DNA from: Squalus acanthias
Lineage: Eukaryota
DNA: 64,000 nt
Reading direction: 5' to 3'
Assembly (NCBI GenBank): GCA_030390025.1
Contig: JASTWF010000337.1
Coordinates: forward strand, 434,001-498,000
Part shown: positions 49,201 to 61,200 of the stretch, one piece after another
Layout: the number at the start of each line of letters is the position of its first letter
Numbering within the stretch: position 1 is the stretch's first letter
Made by a program: the position numbers and the translations under genes
The notes under the pieces: model-generated
Database searches by the model: none
What the model was told of the DNA's origin: nothing
What the model saw: only the letters and a program-made list of their open reading frames with translations

Positions 49201-52200
49201 TGCAGTGTATGGTGTCTGGGAACAGTGCTCACTGTGTGGGGTTCAGTGCAGTGTATGGTGTCGTGGTTCAGTGCAGTGTATGGTGTCGGGGTACGGTGCC
49301 CACTGTGTGGGGGACAGTACTCACTGTGTGGGGTTCAGTGCATTGTATGGAGTCGGGGTACAGTGCAGTGTATGGTGTCGGGGTACAGTGCAGTGTATGG
49401 AGACTGGGTACAGTGCCCACTGTGTGGGGTACAGTGCAGTGTATGGTGTCGGGGTACAGTGCCCACTGTGTGGGGTTCAGTGCAGTGTATGGTGTCGGGG
49501 TTCAGTGCAGTGTATGGAGTCGGGGTACAGTGCTCACTGTGTGGGGTACAGTGCAGTGTATGGTGTCGGGGGTCAGTGCAGTTTATGGTGTCGGGGTTCA
49601 GTGCAGTGTATGGTGTCGGGGTTCGGTGCAATGTATGGTGTTGGGGTACAGTGCTCACTGTGTGGGGTACAGTGCAGTGTATGGTGTCGGGGTTCAGTGC
49701 AGTGTATCGTGTCGGGGTTCAGTGCTCACTGTGTGGGGTTCAGTGCAGTGTATGGTGTTGGGGTTCAGTGCAGTGTATCGTGTCGGGGTTCAGTGCTCAC
49801 TGTGTGGGGTTCAGTGCAGTGTATGGCGTCTGGGTACAGTGCAGTGTATGGTGTCGGGGTTCAGTGCTCACTGTGTGGGGTTCAGTGCAGTGTATGGTGT
49901 CTGGGTACAGTGCTCACTGTGTGGGGTTCGGTGCAGTGTATGGTGTCGGGGTACAGTGCCCAGTGTGTGGAGTTCAGTGCAGTGTATGGTGTCGGGGTTC
50001 AGTGCTCACTGTGTGGAGTTCAGTGCAGTGTATGGTGCCTAGGTACAGTGCTCACTGTGTGGGGTTCAGTGCTGTGTATGGTGTCGGGGTTCAGTGCAGT
50101 GTATGGAGTCGGGGTACAGTGCTCACTGTGTGGGGTTCAGTGCAGTGTATGGTGTCGGGGTACAGTGTAGTGTATGGAGTCTGGGTACAGTGCTCACTGT
50201 GTGGGGTTCAGTGCAGTGTATGGAGTCTGGGTACAGTGCAGTGTATGGAGTCTGGGTACAGTGCTCACTGTGTGGGGTACAGTGCAGTGTATGGAGCCTG
50301 GGTACAGTGCCCACTGTGTGGGGTTCAGTGCAGTGTATGGAGTCTGGGTACAGTGCCCACTGTGTGGGGTACAGTGCAGTGTATAGTGTCTAGGTACTGT
50401 GCCCAATGTATGGGGTTCAGTGCAGTGTATGGAGTCTGGGTACAGTGCTCACTGTGTGGGGTTCAGTGCAGTGTATGGTGTCGGGGTACAGTGCAGTGTA
50501 TGGTGTCGGGGTTCAGTGCAGTGTATGGTGTCAGGGTTCAGTGCTCACTGTGTGCGGTTCAGTGCAGTGTATGGAACCTGGGTACAGGGTGCACCGTGTG
50601 GGGTCAGTGCAGTGTATGGAGTCTGGGTACAGTGCCCACCGTGTGGGGTTCAGTGCAGTGTATGGAGTCTGGGTACAGTGCCCGTGTGGGGTTCAGTGCA
50701 GTGTATGGAGTCTGGGTACAGTGCCCACCGTGTGCGGTTCAGTGCAGTGTATGGTGTCGGGGTTCAGTGCAGTGTATAGTGTCTGGGTACTGTGCCCAAT
50801 GTGTGGGGTTCAGTGCAGTGTACGGAGTCTGGGTACATTGCTCACTGTGTGGGGTTCAGTGCAGTGTATGGTGTCGGGGTACAGTGCAGTGTATGGTGTC
50901 GGGGTTCAGTGCTCACTGTATGGGGTTCAGTGCAGTGTATGGTGTCGGGGTTCAGTGCTCACTGTGTGGGGTTCAGTGCAGTGTATGGCGTCTGGGTACA
51001 GTGCAGTGTATGGTGTCGGGGTTCAGTGCTCACTGTGTGGGGTTCGGTGCAGTGTATGGTGTCGGGGTACAGTGCCCAGTGTGTGGGGTTCAGTGCAGTG
51101 TATGGTGTCTGGGTACACTGCTCACTGTGTGGAGTTCAGTGCAGTGTATGGTGTCGGGGTTCAGTGCTCACTGTGTGGAGTTCAGTGCAGTGTATGGTGT
51201 CTAGGTACAGTGCTCACTGTGTGGGGTTCAGTGCAGTGTATGGTGTCGGGGTTCAGTGCAGTGTATGGAGTCGGGGTACAGTGCTCACTGTGTGGGGTAC
51301 AGTGCAGTGTATGGTGTCGGGGGTCAGTGCAGTTTATGGTGTCGGGGTTCAGTGCAGTGTATGGTGTCGGGGTTCGGTGCAATGTATGGTGTTGGGGTAC
51401 AGTGCTCACTGTGTGGGGTACAGTGCAGTGTATGGTGTCGTGGTACAGTGCAGTGTATGCTGTCGGGGTTCAGTGCAGTGTATGGTGTCTGGGTACAGTG
51501 CTCACTGTGTGGGGTTCAGTGCAGTGTATGGTGTCGTGGTTCAGTGCAGTGTATGGTGTCGGGGTACGGTGCCCACTGTGTGGGGGACAGTACTCACTGT
51601 GTGGGGTTCAGTGCATTGTATGGAGTCGGGGTACAGTGCAGTGTATGGTGTCGGGGTACAGTGCAGTGTATGGAGTCTGGGTACAGTGCCCACTGTGTGG
51701 GGTACAGTGCAGTGTATAGTGTCTGGGCACAGGGCACTATATGGAGTCTGGGTGCAGTGCTCACTGTGTGGGGTTCAGTGCAGTGTATGCAGTCTGGGTT
51801 CAGGGCACAATATGGAGTCTGGGTGCAGTGCCCACTGTGTGGGGTTAAGTGCAGTGTATGGAGGCTGGGTGCAGTGCAGTGTATGGAGTCTGGGTTCAGT
51901 GCAGTGTATGGAGTCTGGGTTCAGGGCACTATATGGAGTCTGGGTACAGTGCTCACTGTGTGGGGTTCAGTGTACTGTATGGAGTCAGGGTACAGTGTGC
52001 ACTGTGTGGTGTTCAGTGCACTGTATGGAGTCTGGGTACAGTGCTCACTGTGTGGGGTTCAGTGCAGTGTATGGTGTCGGGGTTCAGTGCTCACTGTGTG
52101 GGTTTCAGTGCAGTGTATGGAGTCTTGGTACAGTGCTCACTGTGTGGGGTTCAGTGCAGTGTATGGTGTCGGGGTACAGTGCTCACTGTGTGGGGTTCAG

Positions 52201-55200
52201 TGCACTGTATGGAGTCTGGGTACAGTGCTCACTGTGTGGGGTTCAGTGCACTGTATGGAGTCTGGGTACAGTGCACACTGTGTGGGGTACAGTGCTCACT
52301 GTGTGGGGTTCAGTGCAGTGTATGGAGTTGGGGTACAGTGCAGTGTCTGGAGTCTGGGTACAGTGCTCACTGTGTGGGGTTCAGTGCAGTGTATAGAGTC
52401 TGGGTACAGTGCTCACTGTGTGGGGTTCAGTGCAGTGTATGTAGTCTGGGTACAGTGCTCACTGTGTGGGGTTCAGTGCAGTGTATGGTGTTGGGGTACA
52501 GTGCTCACTGTGTGGGGTTCAGTGCACTGTATGGAGTCGGGGTACAGTGCCCACAGTGTGGGGTTCAGTTCCCCTTGTTTGGGGTTCAGTGCAGTGTATG
52601 GAGCCTCGGTACAGGGTCCACCGTGTGGGGTCAGTGCAGTGTATGGAGTCTGGGTACATTGCCCACCGTGTGCGGTTCAGTGCAGTGTATGGAGTCTGGG
52701 TACGGTGCCCACTGTGTGGGGTTCAGTGCAGTGTATGGTGTCGGGGTTCAGTGCAGTGTATGGTGACTGGGTGCAGTGCTCACTGTGTGGGGTTCAGTGC
52801 AGTGTATGGTGTCGGGGTACAGTGCTCCCTGTGTGGGGTTCAGTGCACTGTATGGAGCCTGGGTACAGTGCCCACTGTGTGGGGTTCAGTGCAGTGTATG
52901 GAGTCTGGGTACAGTGCCCAATGTGTGGTATACAGTGCAGTGTATAGTGTCTGGGTACTGTGCCCACTGTGTGGGGCTCAGTGCAATGTATGGTGTCGGG
53001 ATTCAGTGTAGTGTATGGTGTCGGAGTACAGTGCCCACTGTGTGGGGTACAGTGCAGTGTATAGAGTCTGGGTACAGTGCTCACTGTGTGGGGTTCAGTG
53101 CAGTGTATAGTGTCTGGGTACTGTGCTCACTGTGTGGGGTTCAGTGCAGTGTATGGTGTCGGGGTTCAGTGCAGTGTATGGTGTCGGGGTACAGTGCCCA
53201 CTGTGTGGGGTTCAGTGCAGTGTGTGGAGTCTGGGTTCAGTGCAGTGTATGGTGTCGGGGTTCAGTGCAGTGTATGGAGTCTGGGTACAGTGCCCACTGT
53301 GTGGGGTTCAGTGCACTGTATGGAGTCTGGGTACAGTGCCCACTGTGTGGGGTTCAGTGCACTGTATGGAGTCTGGGTAAAGTGCTCACTGTGTGGGGTT
53401 CAGTGCAGTGTATGGTGTCTGGGTACAGTACAGTGTATGGTGTCGGGGTTCAGTGCTCACTGTGTGGGGTTCAGTGCAGTGTATGGTGTCGGGGTACAGT
53501 GCAGTGTATGGTGTCGGGGTACAGTGCCCACTGTGTGGGGTACAGTGCTCACTATGTGGGGGGACAGTGCAATGTATGGTGTCGGGGTTCAGGGCACTGT
53601 ATGGAGGTTGGGTACAGTGCTCACTGTGTGGGGTTCAGTGCAGTGTATGGTGTCGGGGTACAGTGCAGTGTATGATGTCGGGGTTCAGTGCAGTGTATGG
53701 TATCGGAGTTCAGTGCAGTGTATGGTGTCGGGGTTCAGTGCTCACTGTGTGGGGTTCAGTGCACTGTATGGAGTCTGGGTACAGCGCTCACTGTGTGGGG
53801 TTCAGTGCTCACTGTGTGGGGTTCAGTGCCCATTGTGTGGGGTTCAGTGCAGTGTATGGAGCCTGGGTACAGTGCTCAGTGTGGGGTCAGTGCAGTGTAT
53901 GGTGTCGGGGTTCAGTGCAGTGTATGGTGTCGGGGTACGGTGCTCACTGTATGGGGTACAGTGCTGTGTATAGTGTCTGGGTACAGTGCCCACTGTGTGG
54001 GGTACAGTGCAGTGTATGGAGTCTGGGTACAGTGCTCACTGTGTGGGGTTCAGTGCAGTGTATGGTGTCGGGGTACAGTGCCCACTGTGTGGGGTTCAGT
54101 GCAGTGTATGGAGTCTGCGTGCAGTGCTCACTGTGTGGGGTTCAGTGCAGTGTATGGTGTCGGGGTACAGTGCCCACTGTGTGGGGTTCAGTGCAGTGTA
54201 TGGAGTCTGGGTGCAGTGCTCACTGTGTGGGGTTCAGAGCAGTGTATGGTGTCGGGGTACAGTGCCCACTGTGTGGGGTTCAGTGCAGTGTATGGAGTCG
54301 GGGTACAGTGCTCACTGTGTGGTGTTCAGTGCAGTGTATGGAGTCTGGGTACAGTGCTCACTGTGTGGGGTTCAGTGCAGTGTATGGAGTCTGGGTACAA
54401 TGCCCACTGTGTGGGGTACAGTGCAGTGTATGGTGTCGGGGTTCAGTGTAGTGTATGGTGTCGGGGTACAGTGCAGTGTATGGAGTCTGGGTACAGTGCT
54501 CACTGTGTGGGGTACAGTGCAGTGTATGGTGTCGGGGTTCAGTGTAGTGTATGGTGTCGGGGTACAGTGCAGTGTATGGAGTCTGGTACAGTGCTCACTG
54601 TGTGGGGTACAGTGCAGTGTATGGAGTCTGGGTTCAGTGCAGTGTATGGAGTCTGGGTTCAGTGCAGTGTATGGAGTCTGGGTACAGTGCTCACTGTGTG
54701 GGGTACAGTGCAGTGTATGGAGTCTGGGTTCAGTGCAGTGTATGGAGTCTGGGTACTGTGCAGTGTATGGAGTCTGGGTACAGTGCTCACTGTGTGGGGT
54801 TCAGTGCAGTGTATGGAGTCTGGGTTCAGTGCAGTGTATGGAGTCTGGGTACTGTGCAGTGTATGGAGTCTGGGTACAGTGCTCACTGTGTGGGGTTCAG
54901 TGCAGTGTATGGAGTCTGGGTTCAGTGCTCACTGTGTGGGGTTCAGTGCAGTGTATGGAGTCTGGGTTCAGTGCTCACTGTGTGGGGTTCAGTGCAGTGT
55001 ATGGAGTCTGGGTACAGTGCCCACTGTGTGGGGTTCAGTGCAGTGTATGGAGTCTGGGTTCAGTGCTCACTGTGTGGGGTTCAGTGCAGTGTATGGAGTC
55101 TGGGTACAGTGCCCACTGTGTGGGGTACAGTGCAGTGTATGGTGTCGGGGTTCAGTGTAGTGTATGGAGTCTGGGTACATGGGCCCACTGTGTGGGGTAC

Positions 55201-58200
55201 AGTGCAGTGTATGGTGTCGGGGTACAGTGCAGTGTATGGAGTCTGGGTACAGTGCTCACTGTGTGGGGTACAGTGCAGTGTATGGAGTCTGGGTTCAGTG
55301 CAGTGTATGGAGTCTGGGTTTAGTGCAGTGTATGGAGTCTGGGTACAGTGCTCACTGTGTGGGGTTCAGTGCAGTGTATGGAGTCTGGGTACAGTGCAGT
55401 GTGTGGAGTCTGGGTTCAGTGCAGTGTATGGTGTCTGGGTACTGTGCAGTGTATGGAGTCTGGGTACAGTGTTCACTGTGTGGGGTTCAGTGCAGTGTAT
55501 GGAGTCTTGGTACAGTGCCCACTGTGTGGGGTTCAGTGCACTGTATGGAGTCTGGGCACAGTGCCCACTGTGTGGGGTTCAGTGCACTGTATGGAGTCTG
55601 GGTACAGTGTCCACTGTTTGGGGTTCAGTGCAGTGTATGGTGTCTGGGTACAGTGCAGTGTATGGTGTCGGGGTTCAGTGCAGTGTATGGTGTCGGGGTA
55701 CAGTGCAGTGTATGGTGTTGGGGTACAGTGCCCACTGTGTGGGGTACAGTGCTCACTATGTGGGGGACAGTGCAATGTATGGTGTCGGGGTTCAGGGCAC
55801 TGTATGGAGGTTGGGTACAGTGCTCACTGTGTGGGGTTCAGTGCAGTGTATGGTGTCGGGGTACAGTGCAGTGTATGATGTCGGGGTTCAGTGCAGTGTA
55901 TTGTGTCGGGGTTCAGTGCTCACTGTGTGGGGTTCAGTGCACTGTATGGAGTCTGGGTACAGCGCTCACTGTGTGGGGTTCAGTGCTCACTGTGTGGGGT
56001 TCAGTGCCCATTGTGTGGGGTTCAGTGCAGTGTATGGAGCCTGGGTGCAGTGCTCAGTGTGGGGTCAGTGCAGTGTATGGTGTCGGGGTTCAGTGCAGTG
56101 TATGGTGTCGGGGTTCAGTGCAGTGTATGGAGTCTGGGTACAGTGCTCACTGTGTGGGGTTCAGTGCTGTGTATGGAGTCTGCTACAGTGCCCACTGTGT
56201 GGGGTACAGTGCAGTGTATAGTGTCTGGGTACTGTGCTCACTGTGTGGGGTTCAGTGCAGTGTAGGTGTCGGGGTTCAGTGCAGTGTATGGTGTCGGGGT
56301 ACAGTGCCCACTGTGTGGGGTTCAGTGCAGTGTATGGAGTCGGGGTACAGTGCTCACTGTGTGGTGTTCAGTGCAGTGTATGGAGTCTGGGTACAGTGCT
56401 CACTGTGTGGGGTTCAGTGCAGTGTATGGAGTCTGGGTACAGTGCTCACTGTGTGGGGTTCAGTGCAGTGTATGGAGTCTGGGTTCAGTGCTCACTGTGT
56501 GGGGTTCAGTGCAGTGTATGGTGTCGGGGTACAGTGCTCACTGTGTGGGGTTCAGTGCAGTGTATGGTGTCGGGGTACAGTTCACTGTGTGGGGTTCAGT
56601 GCAGTGTATGGAGTCTGGGTACAGTGCCCACTGTGTGGGGTACAGTGCAGTGTATGGTGTCGGGGTTCAGTGTAGTGTATGGTGTCGGGGTACAGTGCAG
56701 TGTATGGAGTCTGGGTACAGTGCTCACTGTGTGGGGTACAGTGCAGTGTATGGAGTCTGGGTTCAGTGCAGTGTATGGAGTCTGGGTTTAGTGCAGTGTA
56801 TGGAGTTTGGGTACAGTGCTCAATGTGTGGGGTTCAGTGCAGTGTATGGAGTCTGGGTACTGTGCAGTGTATGGAGTCTGGGTACAGTGCCCACTGTGTG
56901 GGGTTCAGTGCAGTGTATGGAGTCTGGGTTCAGTGCTCACTGTGTGGGGTTCAGTGCAGTGTATGGAGTCTGGGTAGAGCGCTCACTGTGTGGGGTTCAG
57001 TGCAGTGTATGGAGTCTGGGTACAGTGCCCACTGTGTGGGGTTCAGGGCAGTGTATGGAGTCGGGGTTCAGTGCAGTGTATGGAGTCTGGGTACAGTGCT
57101 CACTGTGTGGGGTTCAGTGCAGTGTATGGAGTCTGGGTACAGCGCTCACTGTGTGGGGTTCAGTGCAGTGTATGGAGTCTGGGTTCAGTGCTCACTGTGT
57201 GGGGTTCAGTGCAGTGTATGGTGTCGGGGTACAGTGCTCACTGTGTGGGGTTCAGTGCAGTGTATGGAGTCTGGGTACAGCGCTCACTGTGTGGGGTTCA
57301 GTGCAGTGTATGGAGAATGGGTACAGTGCAGTGTATGGAGTCTGGGTTTAGTGTAGTGTATGGTGTCGGGGTACAGTGCAGTGTATGGAGTCTGGGTACA
57401 GTGCTCACTGTGTGGGGTACAGTGCAGTGTATGGAGTCTGGGTTCAGTGCAGTGTATGGAGTCTGGGTTTAGTGCAGTGTATGGAGTCTGGGTACAGTGC
57501 TCACTGTGTGGGGTTCAGTGCAGTGTATGGAGTCTGGGTACAGTGCAGTGTGTGGAGTCTGGGTTCAGTGCAGTGTATGGTGTCTGGGTACTGTGCAGTG
57601 TATGGAGTCTGGGTACAGTGTTCACTGTGTGGGGTTCAGTGCAGTGTATGGAGTCTGGGTACAGTGCCCACTGTGTGGGGTTCAGTGCACTGTATGGAGT
57701 CTGGGCACAGTGCCCACTGTGTGGGGTTCAGTGCAGTGTATGGAGTCTGGGTACAGTGCCCACTGTTTGGGGTTCAGTGCAGTGTATGGAGTCTGGGTAA
57801 AGTGCTCACTGTGTGGGGTTCGGTGCAGTGTATGGTGTCTGGGTACAGTGCAGTGTATGGTGTCGGGGTTCAGTGCAGTGTATGGTGTCGGGGTACAGTG
57901 CAGTGTATGGTGTTGGGGTACAGTGCCCACTGTGTGGGGTACAGTGCTCACTATGTGGGGGACAGTGCAATGTATGGTGTCGGGGTTCAGGGCACTGTAT
58001 GGAGGTTGGGTACAGTGCTCACTGTGTGGGGTTCAGTGCAGTGTATGGTGTCGGGGTACAGTGCAGTGTATGATGTCGGGGTTCAGTGCAGTGTATGGTG
58101 TCGGAGTTCAGTGCAGTGTATGGTGTCGGGGTTCAGTGCTCACTGTGTGGGGTTCAGTGCACTGTATGGAGTCTGGGTACAGCGCTCACTGTGTGGGGTT

Positions 58201-61200
58201 CAGTGCTCACTGTGTGGGGTTCAGTGCCCATTGTGTCGGGTTCAGTGCAGTGTATGGAGCCTGGGTACAGTGCTCAGTGTGGGGTCAGTGCAGTGTATGG
58301 TGTCGGGGTTCAGTGCAGTGTATGGTGTCGGGGTACGGTGCTCACTGTATGGGGTACAGTGCTGTGTATAGTGTCTGGGTACAGTGCCCACTGTGTGGGG
58401 TTCAGTGCAGTGTATGGTGTCTGGGTACTGTGCCCACTGTGTGGGGTTCAGTGCAGTGTATGGTGTCGGGGTACAGTGCTCACTGTGTGGGGTTCAGTGC
58501 AGTGTATGGAGTCTGGGTACAGTGCTCACTGTGTGGGGTTCAGTGCAGTGTATGGAGTCTGGGTACAGTTCACTGTGTGGGGTTCAGTGCAGTGTATGGA
58601 GTCTGGGTACAGTGCTCACTGTGTGGGGTTCAGTGCAGTGTATGGAGTCTGGGTACAGTGCTCACTGTGTGGGGTTCAGTGCAGTGTATGGTGTCGGGGT
58701 ACAGTGCCCACTGTGTGGGGTACAGTGCAGTGTATGGAGTCTGGGTACAGTTCACTGTGTGGGGTTCAGTGCAGTGTATGGAGTCTGGGTACAGTGCTCA
58801 CTGTGTGGGGTTCAGTGCAGTGTATGGAGTCTGGGTACAGTGCTCACTGTGTGGGGTTCAGTGCAGTGTATGGTGTCGGGGTACAGTGCCCACTGTGTGG
58901 GGTTCAGTGCAGTGTATGGAGTCTGGGTGCAGTGCTCACTGTGTGGGGTTCAGTGCAGTGTATGGAGTCTGGGTACAGTGCTCACTCTGTGGGGTTCAGT
59001 GTAGTGTATGGTGTCGGGGTACAGTGCCCACTGTGTGGGGTTCAGTGCAGTGTATGGAGTCTGGTACAGTGCTCACTGTGTGGGGTTCAGTGCAGTGTAT
59101 GGTGTCGGGGTTCAGTGCAGTGTATGGAGTCTGGGTGCAGTGCTCACTGTGTGGGGTACAGTGCTGTGTATGGAGTCTGCTACAGTGCCCACTGTGTGGG
59201 GTACAGTGCAGTGTATAGTGTCTGGGTACTGTGCTCACTGTGTGGGGTTCAGTGCAGTGTATGGTGTCGGGGTTCAGTGCAGTGTATGGTGTCGGGGTAC
59301 AGTGCCCACTGTGTGGGGTTCAGTGCAGTGTATGGAGTCGGGGTACAGTGCTCACTGTGTGGGGTTCAGTGCAGTGTATGGAGTCTGGGTTCAGTGCTCA
59401 CTGTGTGGGGTTCAGTGCAGTGTATGGTGTCGGGGTACAGTTCACTGTGTGGGGTTCAGTGCAGTGTATGGAGTCTGGGTACAGTGCTCACTGTGTGGGG
59501 TTCAGTGCAGTGTATGGAGTCTGGGTACATGGGCCCACTGTGTGGGGTACAGTGCAGTGTATGGTGTCGGGGTTCAGTGTAGTGTATGGTGTCGGGGTAC
59601 AGTGCAGTGTATGGAGTCTGGGTACAGTGCTCACTGTGTGGGGTACAGTGCAGTGTATGGAGTCTGGGTACATGGGCCCACTGTGTGGGGTACAGTGCAG
59701 TGTATGGAGTCTGGGTTTAGTGTAGTGTATGGTGTCGGGGTACAGTGCAGTGTATGGAGTCTGGGTACAGTGCTCACTGTGTGGGGTACAGTGCAGTGTA
59801 TGGAGTCTGGGTTCAGTGCAGTGTATGGAGTCTGGGTTTAGTGCAGTGTATGGAGTCTGGGTACAGTGCTCACTGTGTGGGGTTCAGTGCAGTGTATGGA
59901 GTCTGGGTACAGTGCAGTGTGTGGAGTCTGGGTTCAGTGCAGTGTATGGTGTCTGGGTACTGTGCAGTGTATGGAGTCTGGGTACAGTGTTCACTGTGTG
60001 GGGTTCAGTGCAGTGTATGGAGTCTGGGTACAGTGCCCACTGTGTGGGGTTCAGTGCACTGTATGGAGTCTGGGCACAGTGCCCACTGTGTGGGGTTCAG
60101 TGCAGTGTATGGAGTCTGGGTACAGTGCCCACTGTTTGGGGTTCAGTGCAGTGTATGGAGTCTGGGTAAAGTGCTCACTGTGTGGGGTTCGGTGCAGTGT
60201 ATGGTGTCTGGGTACAGTGCAGTGTATGGTGTCGGGGTTCAGTGCAGTGTATGGTGTCGGGGTACAGTGCAGTGTATGGTGTTGGGGTACAGTGCCCACT
60301 GTGTGGGGTACAGTGCTCACTATGTGGGGGACAGTGCAATGTATGGTGTCGGGGTTCAGGGCACTGTATGGAGGTTGGGTACAGTGCTCACTGTGTGGGG
60401 TTCAGTGCAGTGTATGGTGTCGGGGTACAGTGCAGTGTATGATGTCGGGGTTCAGTGCAGTGTATGGTGTCGGAGTTCAGTGCAGTGTATGGTGTCGGGG
60501 TTCAGTGCTCACTGTGTGGGGTTCAGTGCACTGTATGGAGTCTGGGTACAGCGCTCACTGTGTGGGGTTCAGTGCTCACTGTGTGGGGTTCAGTGCCCAT
60601 TGTGTCGGGTTCAGTGCAGTGTATGGAGCCTGGGTACAGTGCTCAGTGTGGGGTCAGTGCAGTGTATGGTGTCGGGGTTCAGTGCAGTGTATGGTGTCGG
60701 GGTACGGTGCTCACTGTATGGGGTACAGTGCTGTGTATAGTGTCTGGGTACAGTGCCCACTGTGTGGGGTTCAGTGCAGTGTATGGTGTCTGGGTACTGT
60801 GCCCACTGTGTGGGGTTCAGTGCAGTGTATGGTGTCGGGGTACAGTGCTCACTGTGTGGGGTTCAGTGCAGTGTATGGAGTCTGGGTACAGTGCTCACTG
60901 TGTGGGGTTCAGTGCAGTGTATGGAGTCTGGGTACAGTTCACTGTGTGGGGTTCAGTGCAGTGTATGGAGTCTGGGTACAGTGCTCACTGTGTGGGGTTC
61001 AGTGCAGTGTATGGAGTCTGGGTACAGTGCTCACTGTGTGGGGTTCAGTGCAGTGTATGGTGTCGGGGTACAGTGCCCACTGTGTGGGGTACAGTGCAGT
61101 GTATGGAGTCTGGGTACAGTTCACTGTGTGGGGTTCAGTGCAGTGTATGGAGTCTGGGTACAGTGCTCACTGTGTGGGGTTCAGTGCAGTGTATGGAGTC